Shown piece by piece: positions 20,187 through 30,347 of a DNA stretch of 32,000 nucleotides (within the stretch, counting starts at the first letter, position 1; every line of letters begins with the position of its first letter). The notes beneath the pieces are model-generated. The model made no database searches. It had not been told where the DNA came from and saw only the letters and a program-made list of their open reading frames with translations. The stretch is from Coprobacillaceae bacterium (GTDB lineage Bacteria; Bacillota_I; Bacilli_A; Erysipelotrichales; Coprobacillaceae), in NCBI GenBank assembly GCA_963675515.1, contig OY776328.1:2130001-2162000 (forward strand), written 5' to 3'. A program made the translations under genes and the position numbers.

Positions 20187-21330
20187 GGCTATGTTAGCCC
20201 AAAGCAATGCTTTCATAGATGAAGCCTGTTCCAATATAATTTTCTCGCCTAAAATCACAATGGCATTGATAGATATCTACAAAATAATCATGGACGTCTC
20301 TAGCTCTTGTTTCAATCATGTATGCGATATAAGCCAAGTATTCGTTGAGGTATTTTGAAGATATCCCATTGTGTTTTTTCATATACTTTTCAACTTGTGA
20401 ATGCACGTAATTGACGTGATTTATGTGATAGATTCCTCGTTTTGCTTTACTTTTTGCTGGAAAAGCATAGTGCTCAATTTGTAAGTTTTCGCTTAATCGT
20501 CGATATACGAATAATCCATCCGTACAAAGTGTTGTTGCTTTTTGAAGGTGCTTCAGATATACAGCGGTTGTAGTTTCGTTATCCAGCGTTGTTGATCCGA
20601 TCTTAGCGACCTTGAGCAATATACGGCCATTCCTGTCAACTGCGCTTGCTATTTGTACGGCATCGGTTATATTTTGGTTTTTCTTGTCTCTGCGGTTACC
20701 TTTTCGTCCTCTTTTATAGGGCTTCCTGGGTAATGGTTTTTCCGCCTGTTTACTGTGATTCCCGGAATAGCTGATGTTTACGCTCATTTCATCTAATTCC
20801 ACAATCCCCCTAAGCTCAACGTTTTCCATCCTGTGAGCCAGCGCGTTCAATATTTTATGGCGCATGAAAAAACTGCATTTTAACGACACTCCTGCATATT
20901 TGGCACAGTCCCTTAAATCTTCGTCATGGCTCATTATTATCAGATACTTAAGCCAGGTTATATAAGAAAGTTTGGTGTTCTCCAAAATTGTACCAACGTA
21001 TGGCGTGAAAGTTTTACCGCAATCAATGCATCTAAATCGTTGTGTTCTGTTTTTGTAGTGTCCATCTCGTTTAATATGATGGTGTCCGCAACGAGGGCAC
21101 GAAATTGAGTCGTTGTGTTTGGCTTCTAATGCATCCACAAGGATCTCGGTGTAATGATTTAGAAGTTGACGGTCCTGAATGAAAACAATTAGGGCGTTTA
21201 AATCATCGCTGTTTAAAGTATCCAGTTCATTCTTGATTTTTTCTAATTCCATGGTTATCCCACCTCTTCTTCATTATACACCTAATTTCAGAGGAAAAGT
21301 CGATAAACATCTTTATGGGCTAACATAGCC
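20187..21330 (-). mobile_element. IS1595-family insertion sequence, apparently intact (1144 bp)
   Basis: Terminal 15-bp perfect inverted repeats GGCTATGTTAGCCCA (20187-20201) and TGGGCTAACATAGCC (21316-21330). It has a single transposase ORF and an 8-bp TSD, the duplication size expected for IS1595-family elements. Confidence 0.85.
20194..21252 (-). CDS. IS1595-family transposase (N-terminal zinc ribbon plus DDE domain)
   Basis: 352 aa. CPRCGHHHIKRDGHYKNRTQRFRCIDCGKTF zinc-ribbon, followed by an ISXO2-like DDE region (VELDEMSV..., ...LCTDGLFVYR...). GAGGTGG RBS. Confidence 0.9.
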   Translation of the reverse strand: MELEKIKNELDTLNSDDLNALIVFIQDRQLLNHYTEILVDALEAKHNDSISCPRCGHHHIKRDGHYKNRTQRFRCIDCGKTFTPYVGTILENTKLSYITWLKYLIIMSHDEDLRDCAKYAGVSLKCSFFMRHKILNALAHRMENVELRGIVELDEMSVNISYSGNHSKQAEKPLPRKPYKRGRKGNRRDKKNQNITDAVQIASAVDRNGRILLKVAKIGSTTLDNETTTAVYLKHLQKATTLCTDGLFVYRRLSENLQIEHYAFPAKSKAKRGIYHINHVNYVHSQVEKYMKKHNGISSKYLNEYLAYIAYMIETRARDVHDYFVDIYQCHCDFRRENYIGTGFIYESIALG

Positions 21331-21338
21331 GCTTTACC
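21331..21338. repeat. Target-site duplication, right (GCTTTACC)
   Basis: Partner of 20179-20186. Confidence 0.75.
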
Positions 21339-21381
21339 GGTTTCCATTTTTTTGTTTTACATTCCTTTTAACCAGTGCCTT

Positions 21382-21390
21382 TGATATAAT
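21382..21390 (+). promoter_or_regulatory. Possible extended -10 promoter element for addBA
   Basis: TGaTATAAT lies 19 nt upstream of the addB ATG. No good -35 was found. The IS end is about 50 bp upstream. Confidence 0.35.
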
Positions 21391-21408
21391 GGTAGTCGAG
21401 GTGAAAAT

Positions 21409-24156
21409 ATGACAAACCTGAACAAGACAACAATAAAACAGATAATAGACTCCAGCAAAGAAAGTCCCTTTGCTCCCTTTTACGTGATTGTAAAAGACAA
21501 ACTCCTGGTCGAGGAAGCCTTCTTGAAGGCGACCGACTCCCTTTTCAACGTAGAGATCGTGACATACAATGAGATGATCGCCCGGTTGAAAGACATGTAC
21601 CGGTTAAACTCGCTGAAGCTGCCCGACCAGGACGCCAGCCTGCTTTTTTTGATGGACTACCTGGAAGCGAATGACTTCACAACATTCAAGAAGCCATCGA
21701 TCGCCACCACCAGGCAGTTGCTTGGATTCATCAAAATGGCCCACGACTACAAGTGCACCTTCGAATACGAGAAAACCAGTCCCCTTTCAAAGACCAAGCT
21801 TGACGAATTCAAGGGGATATGCAGTGATTTTGACAGTTTCCTTGATGGTAATACCCGGCTTGGTTTCGAGGACGAAATAGCTATTTGCCTGGACGATAGT
21901 ATCTCTTCATGGCATATGTACTTCGCTTTGGAAGGGTGCACGCTAAGGCAGGACAACCTGATCGAATCACTGGCCCGGTATGCCAAGGTGACCCGGCTCG
22001 AACATTCAAGCCACAGCCAAAGTGACCTGGGGGAACATCTTGAGACCCACTTTTTTTCTAGCGACAGCAAGTCAGATATCCCTACTCCTTATTTCCGGTT
22101 GGATCTGGGTGTCGATTCGATGCAATACACCCAGGTGGCATCCAAGATTTTCGAGGAAGTCAAAAAAGGAACACTTGAATACCGCGATATCGCCATCGTG
22201 ACCAACGATGCCATTTCCAAGGAAAAGATGGCCCGGACCCTGGCAGAGTTCAAGATCCCTTCAAACGGGGCGTTATCCCAGAAAAACAACCCTTATTTGG
22301 CGCTGCTTTCACTTTCAAACTACCTGGTCAACAACGATTCGCTTGCACTGCAGGCCTTCTTGACCAACCCGGCGGTAAAAAGCGGATTCGGGAAGCTTGA
22401 CCAGATCAACTTCAAAAAGACCGGCATCATGCCTGAAACAATTCTTGATGGATTTTTCATGGAACAAAGAGCCAAGGTTAGCGATCATGTGTCGAGGCTT
22501 TCCAGACTGCTCGATGACCACTTCGTCCCCGTGACTTCGACCATGCAGATAAAAAGCCAGCTGGCAAGTCTGGGCCGCTATGATTCAACCTTGCGACTTG
22601 GCGATTTCTTCGACCTGCTTATAGGCAAAATCGAACCCCAGCCAGTCGCAAATGCGCCCCTGGCCAGCCATGTCTACCTGCTTGATCTTTCCAGCCCCTG
22701 GCTGGAGATATTGGACATTAAACAGGTCTTCGTCCTTTCATGCAACGAGGATGTCTATCCCAAGAAAATCAAGAACAACAAGATCCTGCTTGACGACGAA
22801 CTCAGGATACTCAGACTGCCGACAATCAAGGACGCTCTCGACAACCAGAACCGGCTGATCCTAGCCCTCTTTGCCAGCGGGGTTGAAAAGATGGTCTTTT
22901 GTGGCGGGATGTACAACCGCAAAAGCGAACCGCTCCTTCTTTCATCGACGATGAAGAATCTGTTCAAACGCTACAAGTGGCAAAAAGAGCCAGTCTACAA
23001 AGACACCGCCCATCCCCTGATGGCAGCCAATCTCTATCTTGATGGGACTGTGCTTGAAAGCAAGGGTGCCATCAACGACATGATCGACAGATTCCAGGCA
23101 AGTGCCAACCAGCCCGAACCGCTAAGCAGTGTGGTGGCGGTAAGCAAGCTCTCGCCTAGCCAGATCGAAACATACAACAGCTGTCCTTTCAAGTACTTTT
23201 TGAACTACCATGCCTCCCTGCGCCCCTTGCAGGAGGCAAAAATCCAGGCCAACCAGACCGGAACGCTGATCCACCACCTGATCGAACAGAGCCAGGAGTT
23301 CATCGAGAATTACGACTTCGAAAAGCTGCCAGGACACCTCAAATCATTGACCGACCAGTTTGTATCAGACAACCGGATTCCTGCCAGTGGCTACAACTCC
23401 CTGTTGCTGCGCCGCATCCAGGATGACATGGTAGTCACCCTGGCTATCTTGAACAGGCAGCACCAGCTGAGCCACAGTTCGATTATTGCCACTGAGAAAT
23501 ATGCCAGCCTTGACACCGGAGATCTTTTCCTCCATGGCAAGATCGACCGGGTCGATGCCCTCAAAGATTACGTTGGAGTTGTCGACTACAAGGGATCGGC
23601 CAAGAAGCTCGATGAGAATTACCTCGTTCTTGGCGTGAACATCCAGATGATCGTCTACCTTTACATGATGGCCAGACAAAGCAACCTCAAGGCCGGGGGC
23701 GTGTTCTACTTCAACTATGCCCCGGTGACGCTTAATTCCAAGGACCTTGTTTCCAGCGGGTCATTCGACAGCTCGGCCCTGCTCAAGGAAAAGCGGATGG
23801 TCGCTTTGCTTGACGAGGCCTACTCAGATATGCTTGAAGACGTCGAAGACGGAGACGAAGCCCAGGTTTTCAAAGGCAAGAAAACCAAGAAAGGGAGCTG
23901 GACCAGCACTACCCCGGTCAGGTCGCAAAGTGAGCTCGAAACGCTTATGGACGATATAATCCACTATATCGAAAAACTAAACGGCAACCTGGGTGCCGGG
24001 ATGATTCCAATCGCCCCGATTGTCTCGGACATCGAAGACAAGCTGTATCTCAAGCCTTGCACCTATTGCGACTATAAGGCGATATGCAAGTTCGATCCGT
24101 TCTACAACGAATACCGCAATCTCGAAAAGGAGGTAGAGAGAAATGAATCTAAGTAG
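21409..24156 (+). CDS. addB: ATP-dependent helicase/nuclease subunit B (AddB/RexB type, no N-terminal Walker A)
   Basis: 915 aa, immediately upstream of and overlapping addA. It has a C-terminal RecB-type nuclease (GKIDRVD...VVDYKGS) and a Cys cluster (YNSCPFKYF ... C884-x2-C887-x5-C893). No GxxGxGK(T/S) motif is present in the N-terminus. Confidence 0.88.
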   Translation: MTNLNKTTIKQIIDSSKESPFAPFYVIVKDKLLVEEAFLKATDSLFNVEIVTYNEMIARLKDMYRLNSLKLPDQDASLLFLMDYLEANDFTTFKKPSIATTRQLLGFIKMAHDYKCTFEYEKTSPLSKTKLDEFKGICSDFDSFLDGNTRLGFEDEIAICLDDSISSWHMYFALEGCTLRQDNLIESLARYAKVTRLEHSSHSQSDLGEHLETHFFSSDSKSDIPTPYFRLDLGVDSMQYTQVASKIFEEVKKGTLEYRDIAIVTNDAISKEKMARTLAEFKIPSNGALSQKNNPYLALLSLSNYLVNNDSLALQAFLTNPAVKSGFGKLDQINFKKTGIMPETILDGFFMEQRAKVSDHVSRLSRLLDDHFVPVTSTMQIKSQLASLGRYDSTLRLGDFFDLLIGKIEPQPVANAPLASHVYLLDLSSPWLEILDIKQVFVLSCNEDVYPKKIKNNKILLDDELRILRLPTIKDALDNQNRLILALFASGVEKMVFCGGMYNRKSEPLLLSSTMKNLFKRYKWQKEPVYKDTAHPLMAANLYLDGTVLESKGAINDMIDRFQASANQPEPLSSVVAVSKLSPSQIETYNSCPFKYFLNYHASLRPLQEAKIQANQTGTLIHHLIEQSQEFIENYDFEKLPGHLKSLTDQFVSDNRIPASGYNSLLLRRIQDDMVVTLAILNRQHQLSHSSIIATEKYASLDTGDLFLHGKIDRVDALKDYVGVVDYKGSAKKLDENYLVLGVNIQMIVYLYMMARQSNLKAGGVFYFNYAPVTLNSKDLVSSGSFDSSALLKEKRMVALLDEAYSDMLEDVEDGDEAQVFKGKKTKKGSWTSTTPVRSQSELETLMDDIIHYIEKLNGNLGAGMIPIAPIVSDIEDKLYLKPCTYCDYKAICKFDPFYNEYRNLEKEVERNESK

Positions 24157-27100
24157 CTGCAACGACAAACAGATAGAGGCGATCATGTCCCGGGACTGCT
24201 CCATCCTCGTTTCCGCACCGGCGGGATCGGGCAAGACCAAGATTCTGGTATCCCGGATCCTTTCGCTGCTTATCGAGGGCAACAACGTCAACGAACTGGT
24301 CGTTTTGACCTTCACCAAGGCCGCGGCCAGCGAGATGAAACAGCGTCTAAGTGAAGACCTCAAAGAGGAAATCATCGCCACGGCCGATCCCAAGATCAAG
24401 GCCCATCTAGCCCGCCAGATCGACCTGCTGCCCCAGGCCTACATAACCAACTTCCACTCCTTCTGTCTCGAGCTGCTCGAACAGTACGGCTATCTGATCG
24501 ATCTCGACAGTAGCTTCTCGGTGCTCGCCGACAACACCCTGCTTAAAAACAACGCCTTCGAGGCGGTCTTCGAGAAATGGGCGCATGACGAAACGTTCCA
24601 GTCATTTGTCAGGCGGCGCTATCCCAAATACAACTTCAATTCCCTCAAGAAGACAATTTCGATGCTCGAGGGACTGACCAACACGATCTGCGACTTTCAA
24701 GGCTACATGGATAGCGTTCTGCCTGGTTTATACGACCAGTTTAGCACATACAGCCAAGGACCCCTGAGCGACCTGATCATTTCACAGCTAAAAGAGGCCT
24801 GCGACATCGGACTTACCAGGGTCAACCTGCTGGCGACATACTGCCAGGACAAGGGACTCAACCACTTCTTCGACAAGGAAGACAAGAAACCCCATGAGAT
24901 CAGTCCGTATCACAGTCTGGTCAACTACTACCAGTCAATCAAGGAATGTCTTAGAAGCCAGCCTCTCGACCGGATCATCACCTTGCAGTTCGAAATCGAG
25001 AAGCCGTACATGATGCAGTGGAAAAAATGGGGCTATGACGAAGAGGTCCAGAAAGGCTATACGGATCTTTCCAAGGACATCAAAAACGAATACATCAAGG
25101 TGTTTGGCGAGATCGTGACGCCCCTGCAACTAGAACGCGAGGCGATTGCCAGCTTTTCATTGGGCGATCTTCAATACCTCATATCCCTGGCCCTGGAATA
25201 CAAGGACATGTACGCTTCTTTGAAAAGGAAACAGAACTGTCTTGATTTCAACGACCTGGAACAATATGCCATCAGGCTGCTCCAAAAGGATATCGGCGTT
25301 TCCAAGAAACTATATGACAGTCTCAAGGAAATCATGATTGACGAGTTTCAGGACACGAATCCGATCCAGGAGAACCTGATCGACCTGATCGGCAATGTCG
25401 AACAGCCGGTCTTGAACCGCTTCATGGTAGGCGACATGAAACAGTCGATCTACCGTTTCCGCGACGCCGATCCCAAAATATTCAAGGGAAAATACGACAG
25501 CTTCGCTCTTGATCATAATCCCAACAAGCGCATCGAGCTCAACTACAACTACCGCTCCCACAAGATCGTGCTTGATTGCATCAACTTCATCTTCAACCAG
25601 GTCATGGACGAGCGCATCGGCGGGCTGGAATATTACCAGGATCCCAACGCCCAGCTCAACTACGACCTCAAGCCCGACCTCTACAAGGTCAAGGATCCTT
25701 CTTCATTCCAGTCCCAACTCGACCACAAGACCGAGGTACTCCTTGTGGCCAAGGAAAAAGGAAGATACAGCCCCTATGAATACGAGGCCCTGGCAGTCGG
25801 TTCACGGATCAAGGAACTTGTCCAAAGCGGCTACAAATACTCGGATATCCTGGTCCTGTTGCGCTCGACGCCCCAGATAATGATCTTCAAGAACATCTTC
25901 GACAAGTTTGGCATCGCCAACCAGATCGTCCTTTCCAACGGTTTCTATTCGAGTGTCGAAGTGACCAGCCTGGTCAATGTAGTGAAGTTTCTGGCCTGCC
26001 CCCAGGATGACCTGGCCCTGGCATCGATCCTGCTCAACAACTTCTCATTTTGCAACTTTGCACCCGACCTGCTCCTCGAGCTCAAGGGCGAAAAGGACCT
26101 GTTCGAAAACATCAGGGATTATCTGGAGCACAACCCTTCAAACACAAAGCTCCAGGTCTGCTATGATTATCTTATCGAGCTGATCGAATACAGCCAGGAC
26201 CATTATCTGGACCAGACGATGGCCCGGCTGGTGAATGAAAGCGACTACCGCCTTTTCAATGCGGCCCTTAAAAACGGCGAGCAGCGGGTCGCCAATATCG
26301 ACCTGTTTTTGGAACTGCTTGAAGATTACCGCGAGTTGAGCCTGGTCGAGATCACCAGCCAGATCGAGGCCCTGATCAAAAACGAAGGCGACATCGCCCC
26401 GGGCAAGATGGCCCAAAGCGACAACGATGCTGTATCGTTCATGACCATCCACAAATCCAAGGGACTTGAGGCCAAGGTCGTGATCGTGGCTTCAAGCCAC
26501 AAACAGTTCAACTCCGCCGACCAGAAAGAGGAAATCCTCTATGCTTCAAACTATGGTCTGACCACCCGGCCGGTGCTCTACCTCGAAGACGACGACCACC
26601 TGGGCGCATCGGTGCGCTATCCAAACAGCTATCAGTCGCTTTTGAAATCAGGCATCGAAAAGGACATGATCGACGAGGAAATGCGGATTTTCTATGTCGC
26701 ATTGACCCGGGCCAAGGAAAAGCTGATCATCTCCGGCCAGGTAAAGGACCCCAGCAAGATAATGGACTGGGCCGATACCGCCATCAAGAACGACTATTTT
26801 GCCAGCGACCAGGAACATGTGATCATCAATAGGTATCTGGCCAAGTCGAACAACTACCTTGACTGGGCGATGATGGCCATCATCCGCCATCCCAGCATCC
26901 TCGAACAGCTAAAAAGCGGGACAATCGGAAAAAGCGGGCCCCTCGAGTTCGAAGACCAGTTCAAGGCGATGCTCCAGAGAATCCAGATATACAACGTCAA
27001 CAACCAGGCGCTCCTTAACCAGAGCAACACCAGGGATTGCGATTTCTCACTGAAATTCTACCCGGCAACGCTGCTTGAGGCGATGGCACCTTCATCGATC

Positions 27101-27736
27101 AGACATGCCCCGAAAAGACAAGTCGTCAAGACGGACATGTTCGATCTGGATTCCATCAATGCCTCTTTGAAAGAAAAGAGTGTGTCCATCACCAAGCTGA
27201 TAAGCCACCAGGATGAAAATTACGAACGTTACGATTTCACCCAGGGGGATACGCTTTTGGCGGCAACCACCAAAGGAACCATAATCCACCGGGTTCTCGA
27301 ACTGCTTGAAAAGGACATCAACATCGATCTTGAAAGCGAACTCGAACAGATCAAACGCTGTGAATTTGCGGGCGACCAGGAGGCCATTGAGCTTATCGAA
27401 AAGAGCTTCAACCTGTTTGAAGACTTTGTCAACAGCGACCTGTTCGGGATGCTGTGCCGGTTCGATCACCTTTACCAGGAAAAAAAGATCACGGCTGCAA
27501 GTGGCGAGCAGATTGTCCATGGGATTATCGACGCCCTGGGCATTGCGGGCAACACCATCCATATAATCGATTACAAGACCGACCAGGTAAGGCGCGATTC
27601 AAGCGACCAGCAGCTCATCGAAATCCATGAAGCCCAGCTCAACTATTACCGCGATTTCGTAAGCAGGCATTTCCCTGATCATGAGATTGTCAACCACGTC
27701 CACTATTTTACCATCAACAAGACGGTGACATTCTAA
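24143..27736 (+). CDS. addA: ATP-dependent helicase/nuclease subunit A (AddA/RexA)
   Basis: 1197 aa. UvrD-like helicase motifs (VSAPAGSGKT, IMIDEFQDTNPIQ, VGDMKQSIYRFRDA, TIHKSKGLE, RIFYVALTRAKEKL). C-terminal nuclease motif (GIIDALG...IIDYKTD). Overlaps the addB stop by 14 nt. Confidence 0.93.
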   Translation: MNLSSCNDKQIEAIMSRDCSILVSAPAGSGKTKILVSRILSLLIEGNNVNELVVLTFTKAAASEMKQRLSEDLKEEIIATADPKIKAHLARQIDLLPQAYITNFHSFCLELLEQYGYLIDLDSSFSVLADNTLLKNNAFEAVFEKWAHDETFQSFVRRRYPKYNFNSLKKTISMLEGLTNTICDFQGYMDSVLPGLYDQFSTYSQGPLSDLIISQLKEACDIGLTRVNLLATYCQDKGLNHFFDKEDKKPHEISPYHSLVNYYQSIKECLRSQPLDRIITLQFEIEKPYMMQWKKWGYDEEVQKGYTDLSKDIKNEYIKVFGEIVTPLQLEREAIASFSLGDLQYLISLALEYKDMYASLKRKQNCLDFNDLEQYAIRLLQKDIGVSKKLYDSLKEIMIDEFQDTNPIQENLIDLIGNVEQPVLNRFMVGDMKQSIYRFRDADPKIFKGKYDSFALDHNPNKRIELNYNYRSHKIVLDCINFIFNQVMDERIGGLEYYQDPNAQLNYDLKPDLYKVKDPSSFQSQLDHKTEVLLVAKEKGRYSPYEYEALAVGSRIKELVQSGYKYSDILVLLRSTPQIMIFKNIFDKFGIANQIVLSNGFYSSVEVTSLVNVVKFLACPQDDLALASILLNNFSFCNFAPDLLLELKGEKDLFENIRDYLEHNPSNTKLQVCYDYLIELIEYSQDHYLDQTMARLVNESDYRLFNAALKNGEQRVANIDLFLELLEDYRELSLVEITSQIEALIKNEGDIAPGKMAQSDNDAVSFMTIHKSKGLEAKVVIVASSHKQFNSADQKEEILYASNYGLTTRPVLYLEDDDHLGASVRYPNSYQSLLKSGIEKDMIDEEMRIFYVALTRAKEKLIISGQVKDPSKIMDWADTAIKNDYFASDQEHVIINRYLAKSNNYLDWAMMAIIRHPSILEQLKSGTIGKSGPLEFEDQFKAMLQRIQIYNVNNQALLNQSNTRDCDFSLKFYPATLLEAMAPSSIRHAPKRQVVKTDMFDLDSINASLKEKSVSITKLISHQDENYERYDFTQGDTLLAATTKGTIIHRVLELLEKDINIDLESELEQIKRCEFAGDQEAIELIEKSFNLFEDFVNSDLFGMLCRFDHLYQEKKITAASGEQIVHGIIDALGIAGNTIHIIDYKTDQVRRDSSDQQLIEIHEAQLNYYRDFVSRHFPDHEIVNHVHYFTINKTVTF

Positions 27737-27759
27737 GACGGAATTTCCGTCTTTTTTTG
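27736..27759 (+). terminator. Rho-independent terminator after addA
   Basis: AGACGGA-att-TCCGTCT followed by TTTTTT, overlapping the addA stop. Confidence 0.7.
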
Positions 27760-27851
27760 TTATAGCCTCAATCTATAGCCCGTCCCAATAAATCCGCACT
27801 AACACTTTTTTTCGATTGGAGTTATACTGTCTTCATCAGGAGGTAACTCAA

Positions 27852-28853
27852 ATGCTCGAAATCAAAAACATCTCGAAATCATACGGCGGCAAGCCCGCCC
27901 TGGAAAATATCAGCATCAGTTTTGAAAAAGGGAAGATTTATGGCGTGGTTGGCTATTCGGGGGCCGGGAAGTCGACCCTGGTCCGCTGTTTGAACCTGCT
28001 GGAAATTCCCGACACGGGCGAGGTTCTCTACAACGGGGAAAACATCGTTGGCCTGGACCTCAAACAGCTATCATCAATCCGCCGGGACATCGCGATGATC
28101 TTCCAGCACTTCAACCTGTTCAACTCCAAGACCGTATTCCAGAATGTCGCCATGGCCCTGGCAAACGTGACCAAGGACAAGCAGGCCATCAGGTCAAAGG
28201 TGGAGGAACTTCTCGAACAGGTGGACATGTCAGAGTTTGCCAACCAGTACCCCGCTCGCCTTTCGGGCGGACAGAAGCAGCGGGTGGCGATCGCCCGGGC
28301 CCTGGCGACCGGGCCCAAGATCCTGCTTTGCGACGAGGCCACCAGCGCCCTTGATCCCAGAAGCACCCGGGAGATATTGAACCTGCTCAAACGGCTCAAC
28401 GAATCATATGGGCTGACCATAATCGTCATCACCCATGAGATGGCCGTGGTCAAGGAGATCTGCCAGGAAATCATCTTTCTAACAAAGGGCAGACTCGTAA
28501 CCCAGGGCAGCCTGATCGACCTGCTCAACCACCCGGAAACAAAGAAGTTCATCAACAGCGACTCGAATCTCGAGAAGTTCGACCAGATCAAGGACCAGCT
28601 CTCACTTGAAAAGGACGATCTCATCTATGAGATGACCTTCAGTGACTTGGCGGTCAACGCCCCTTACATCAACACCCTGATCAGGGAATACGACCTGGAC
28701 ATCACTATCCTTCTAGGCGACATCAAGGTGTTCAATGGAATTCCTTTTGGTGGATTGATCGTCAAGATCGCCGGCGGCGATGAGAATCTTGAAGCCGGGC
28801 TGGGGTACCTGGAAAGCCAGGGCATCAGGAGCGAAAGGAAGGAGATATCATGA
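27852..28853 (+). CDS. metN: Methionine ABC transporter ATP-binding protein
   Basis: Walker A GYSGAGKST, signature LSGGQKQRV, Walker B ILLCDEATSALD and a C-terminal NIL domain. ATG at 27852 follows AGGAGG, so the ORF-track start 27816 is unlikely. Confidence 0.9.
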   Translation: MLEIKNISKSYGGKPALENISISFEKGKIYGVVGYSGAGKSTLVRCLNLLEIPDTGEVLYNGENIVGLDLKQLSSIRRDIAMIFQHFNLFNSKTVFQNVAMALANVTKDKQAIRSKVEELLEQVDMSEFANQYPARLSGGQKQRVAIARALATGPKILLCDEATSALDPRSTREILNLLKRLNESYGLTIIVITHEMAVVKEICQEIIFLTKGRLVTQGSLIDLLNHPETKKFINSDSNLEKFDQIKDQLSLEKDDLIYEMTFSDLAVNAPYINTLIREYDLDITILLGDIKVFNGIPFGGLIVKIAGGDENLEAGLGYLESQGIRSERKEIS

Positions 28854-29503
28854 ACATAGTCACATTATGGCCCGTTTTTTTAAAAAGCCTAGGTGAGACG
28901 ATCACCATGGTGGCGATTTCGAGTGCCATTGGCCTGGCCATCGGCCTGGTTCTAGGCATCTGTCTGGTTGTCTTCGCGAAGGGAGCAATCATTGAAAACC
29001 TGCCGCTCTACTTTGTGATCGACAAGGTGACCAATTTCTTCCGCTCGATTCCCTTCATCATCCTTTTAGCCCTGCTTATTCCGCTGACAAGGCTGATTGT
29101 GGGCAGCGCGATCGGGGTCAAGGGAGCGATTGTCCCGCTGACGTTTTCGGTGATCCCTTTTTACGCCCGGCAGGTGGAATCGGTGCTCAACTCCCTCAAC
29201 AAGGGCGTGATCGAGGCAGCCATTTCGCTAGGCTTCACGAGATTCCAGATCATACTGGTGTACCTGAGCGAATCGCTGCCCGGGCTCATTTCAACCACGA
29301 CAATCACGATAATCTCGCTGATTGGTCTGTCGACCATGGCCGGAGCCGTGGGAGCCGGCGGGATCGGCGACTTCGCCATCCGCTATGGCTACCAGCGTTC
29401 CCTTGAGGACGTGACGGTCGTCTGCGTGTTGTTTCTTGTAATATTCATCAGTTTAATCCAGAAGACAGGAGATTTGCTGGCAAAAAGGGCCAGCAAGACA
29501 TAG
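28850..29503 (+). CDS. metI: Methionine ABC transporter permease
   Basis: 217 aa with 5 TM segments and a MetI-type EAA-like loop (IEAAISLGFTRFQI). Its start overlaps the metN stop by 4 nt. Confidence 0.9.
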   Translation: MNIVTLWPVFLKSLGETITMVAISSAIGLAIGLVLGICLVVFAKGAIIENLPLYFVIDKVTNFFRSIPFIILLALLIPLTRLIVGSAIGVKGAIVPLTFSVIPFYARQVESVLNSLNKGVIEAAISLGFTRFQIILVYLSESLPGLISTTTITIISLIGLSTMAGAVGAGGIGDFAIRYGYQRSLEDVTVVCVLFLVIFISLIQKTGDLLAKRASKT

Positions 29504-29507
29504 AAAA

Positions 29508-30296
29508 ATGAAAAAATTATTGGCGCTTTTAGCTTTGGGTATCACCCTTACCGGATGTGCTTCTTCAACTTCAAACGATACGGTAAAGATCGGGGTTGTC
29601 GGGGAAAACAACGAAGCCCTCGAGGAAGTGGCGAAGCTTGCAAAGGACGAAGGGATAACCATCGAACTGGTCAACTTCTCCGACTACACTCTGCCAAACC
29701 TGGCTTTAAATGACGGTGAGATCGACCTCAACGCCTTCCAGCATTACGCCTATCTTGACAACGAGGTGGCGACCAAAGGCTACGACCTGACTGCCATCGG
29801 CGACACGGTGTTCGGCCCAATGGCGCTTTACTCATCTAACCTGAGCACACTTGACGGACTGCAACAAGATTCCAAGGTCCTCATTCCCAACGACCTGACC
29901 AACGGCGGGCGGGCCTTGAAACTCCTTGAAGCCGCAGGACTGATCACGGTCGATCCATCTGTTGGCTACAGCCCCGAGTTGAAGGACATCACTGCCAACC
30001 CTTACAACCTGGAAATAAGCGAAGTCGACGCATCGCTGATCCCTTCCCTGCTCGCTGACGTGGCAATCGGGGTGATCAACAACAACTATGCCTACGACAA
30101 CAACCTTTCACTTGATGGCGCCCTTTATGTCGAGCAGGCGACTGCAGGAAATCCATACATCAACATCATCGCCGCAAGAAGCGAAGACAAGGACAACGAA
30201 ACCTATCTCAAGATTGTCGAACTTTACCAGAGCGACGCGGTGAAACAGGTCATCCTGGACACGTACGAAGGTTACCAGATACCGGCCTGGAATTAA
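29508..30296 (+). CDS. metQ: MetQ/NlpA family lipoprotein (methionine-binding)
   Basis: Signal peptide with lipobox LTGC. Also GEIDLNAFQH, typical of NlpA/MetQ substrate-binding proteins. Confidence 0.88.
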   Translation: MKKLLALLALGITLTGCASSTSNDTVKIGVVGENNEALEEVAKLAKDEGITIELVNFSDYTLPNLALNDGEIDLNAFQHYAYLDNEVATKGYDLTAIGDTVFGPMALYSSNLSTLDGLQQDSKVLIPNDLTNGGRALKLLEAAGLITVDPSVGYSPELKDITANPYNLEISEVDASLIPSLLADVAIGVINNNYAYDNNLSLDGALYVEQATAGNPYINIIAARSEDKDNETYLKIVELYQSDAVKQVILDTYEGYQIPAWN

Positions 30297-30347
30297 CCCT
30301 TGCTTATTGGCCGGATTCATTTTAAGATAAGAATAGAGGTGGCAAAC

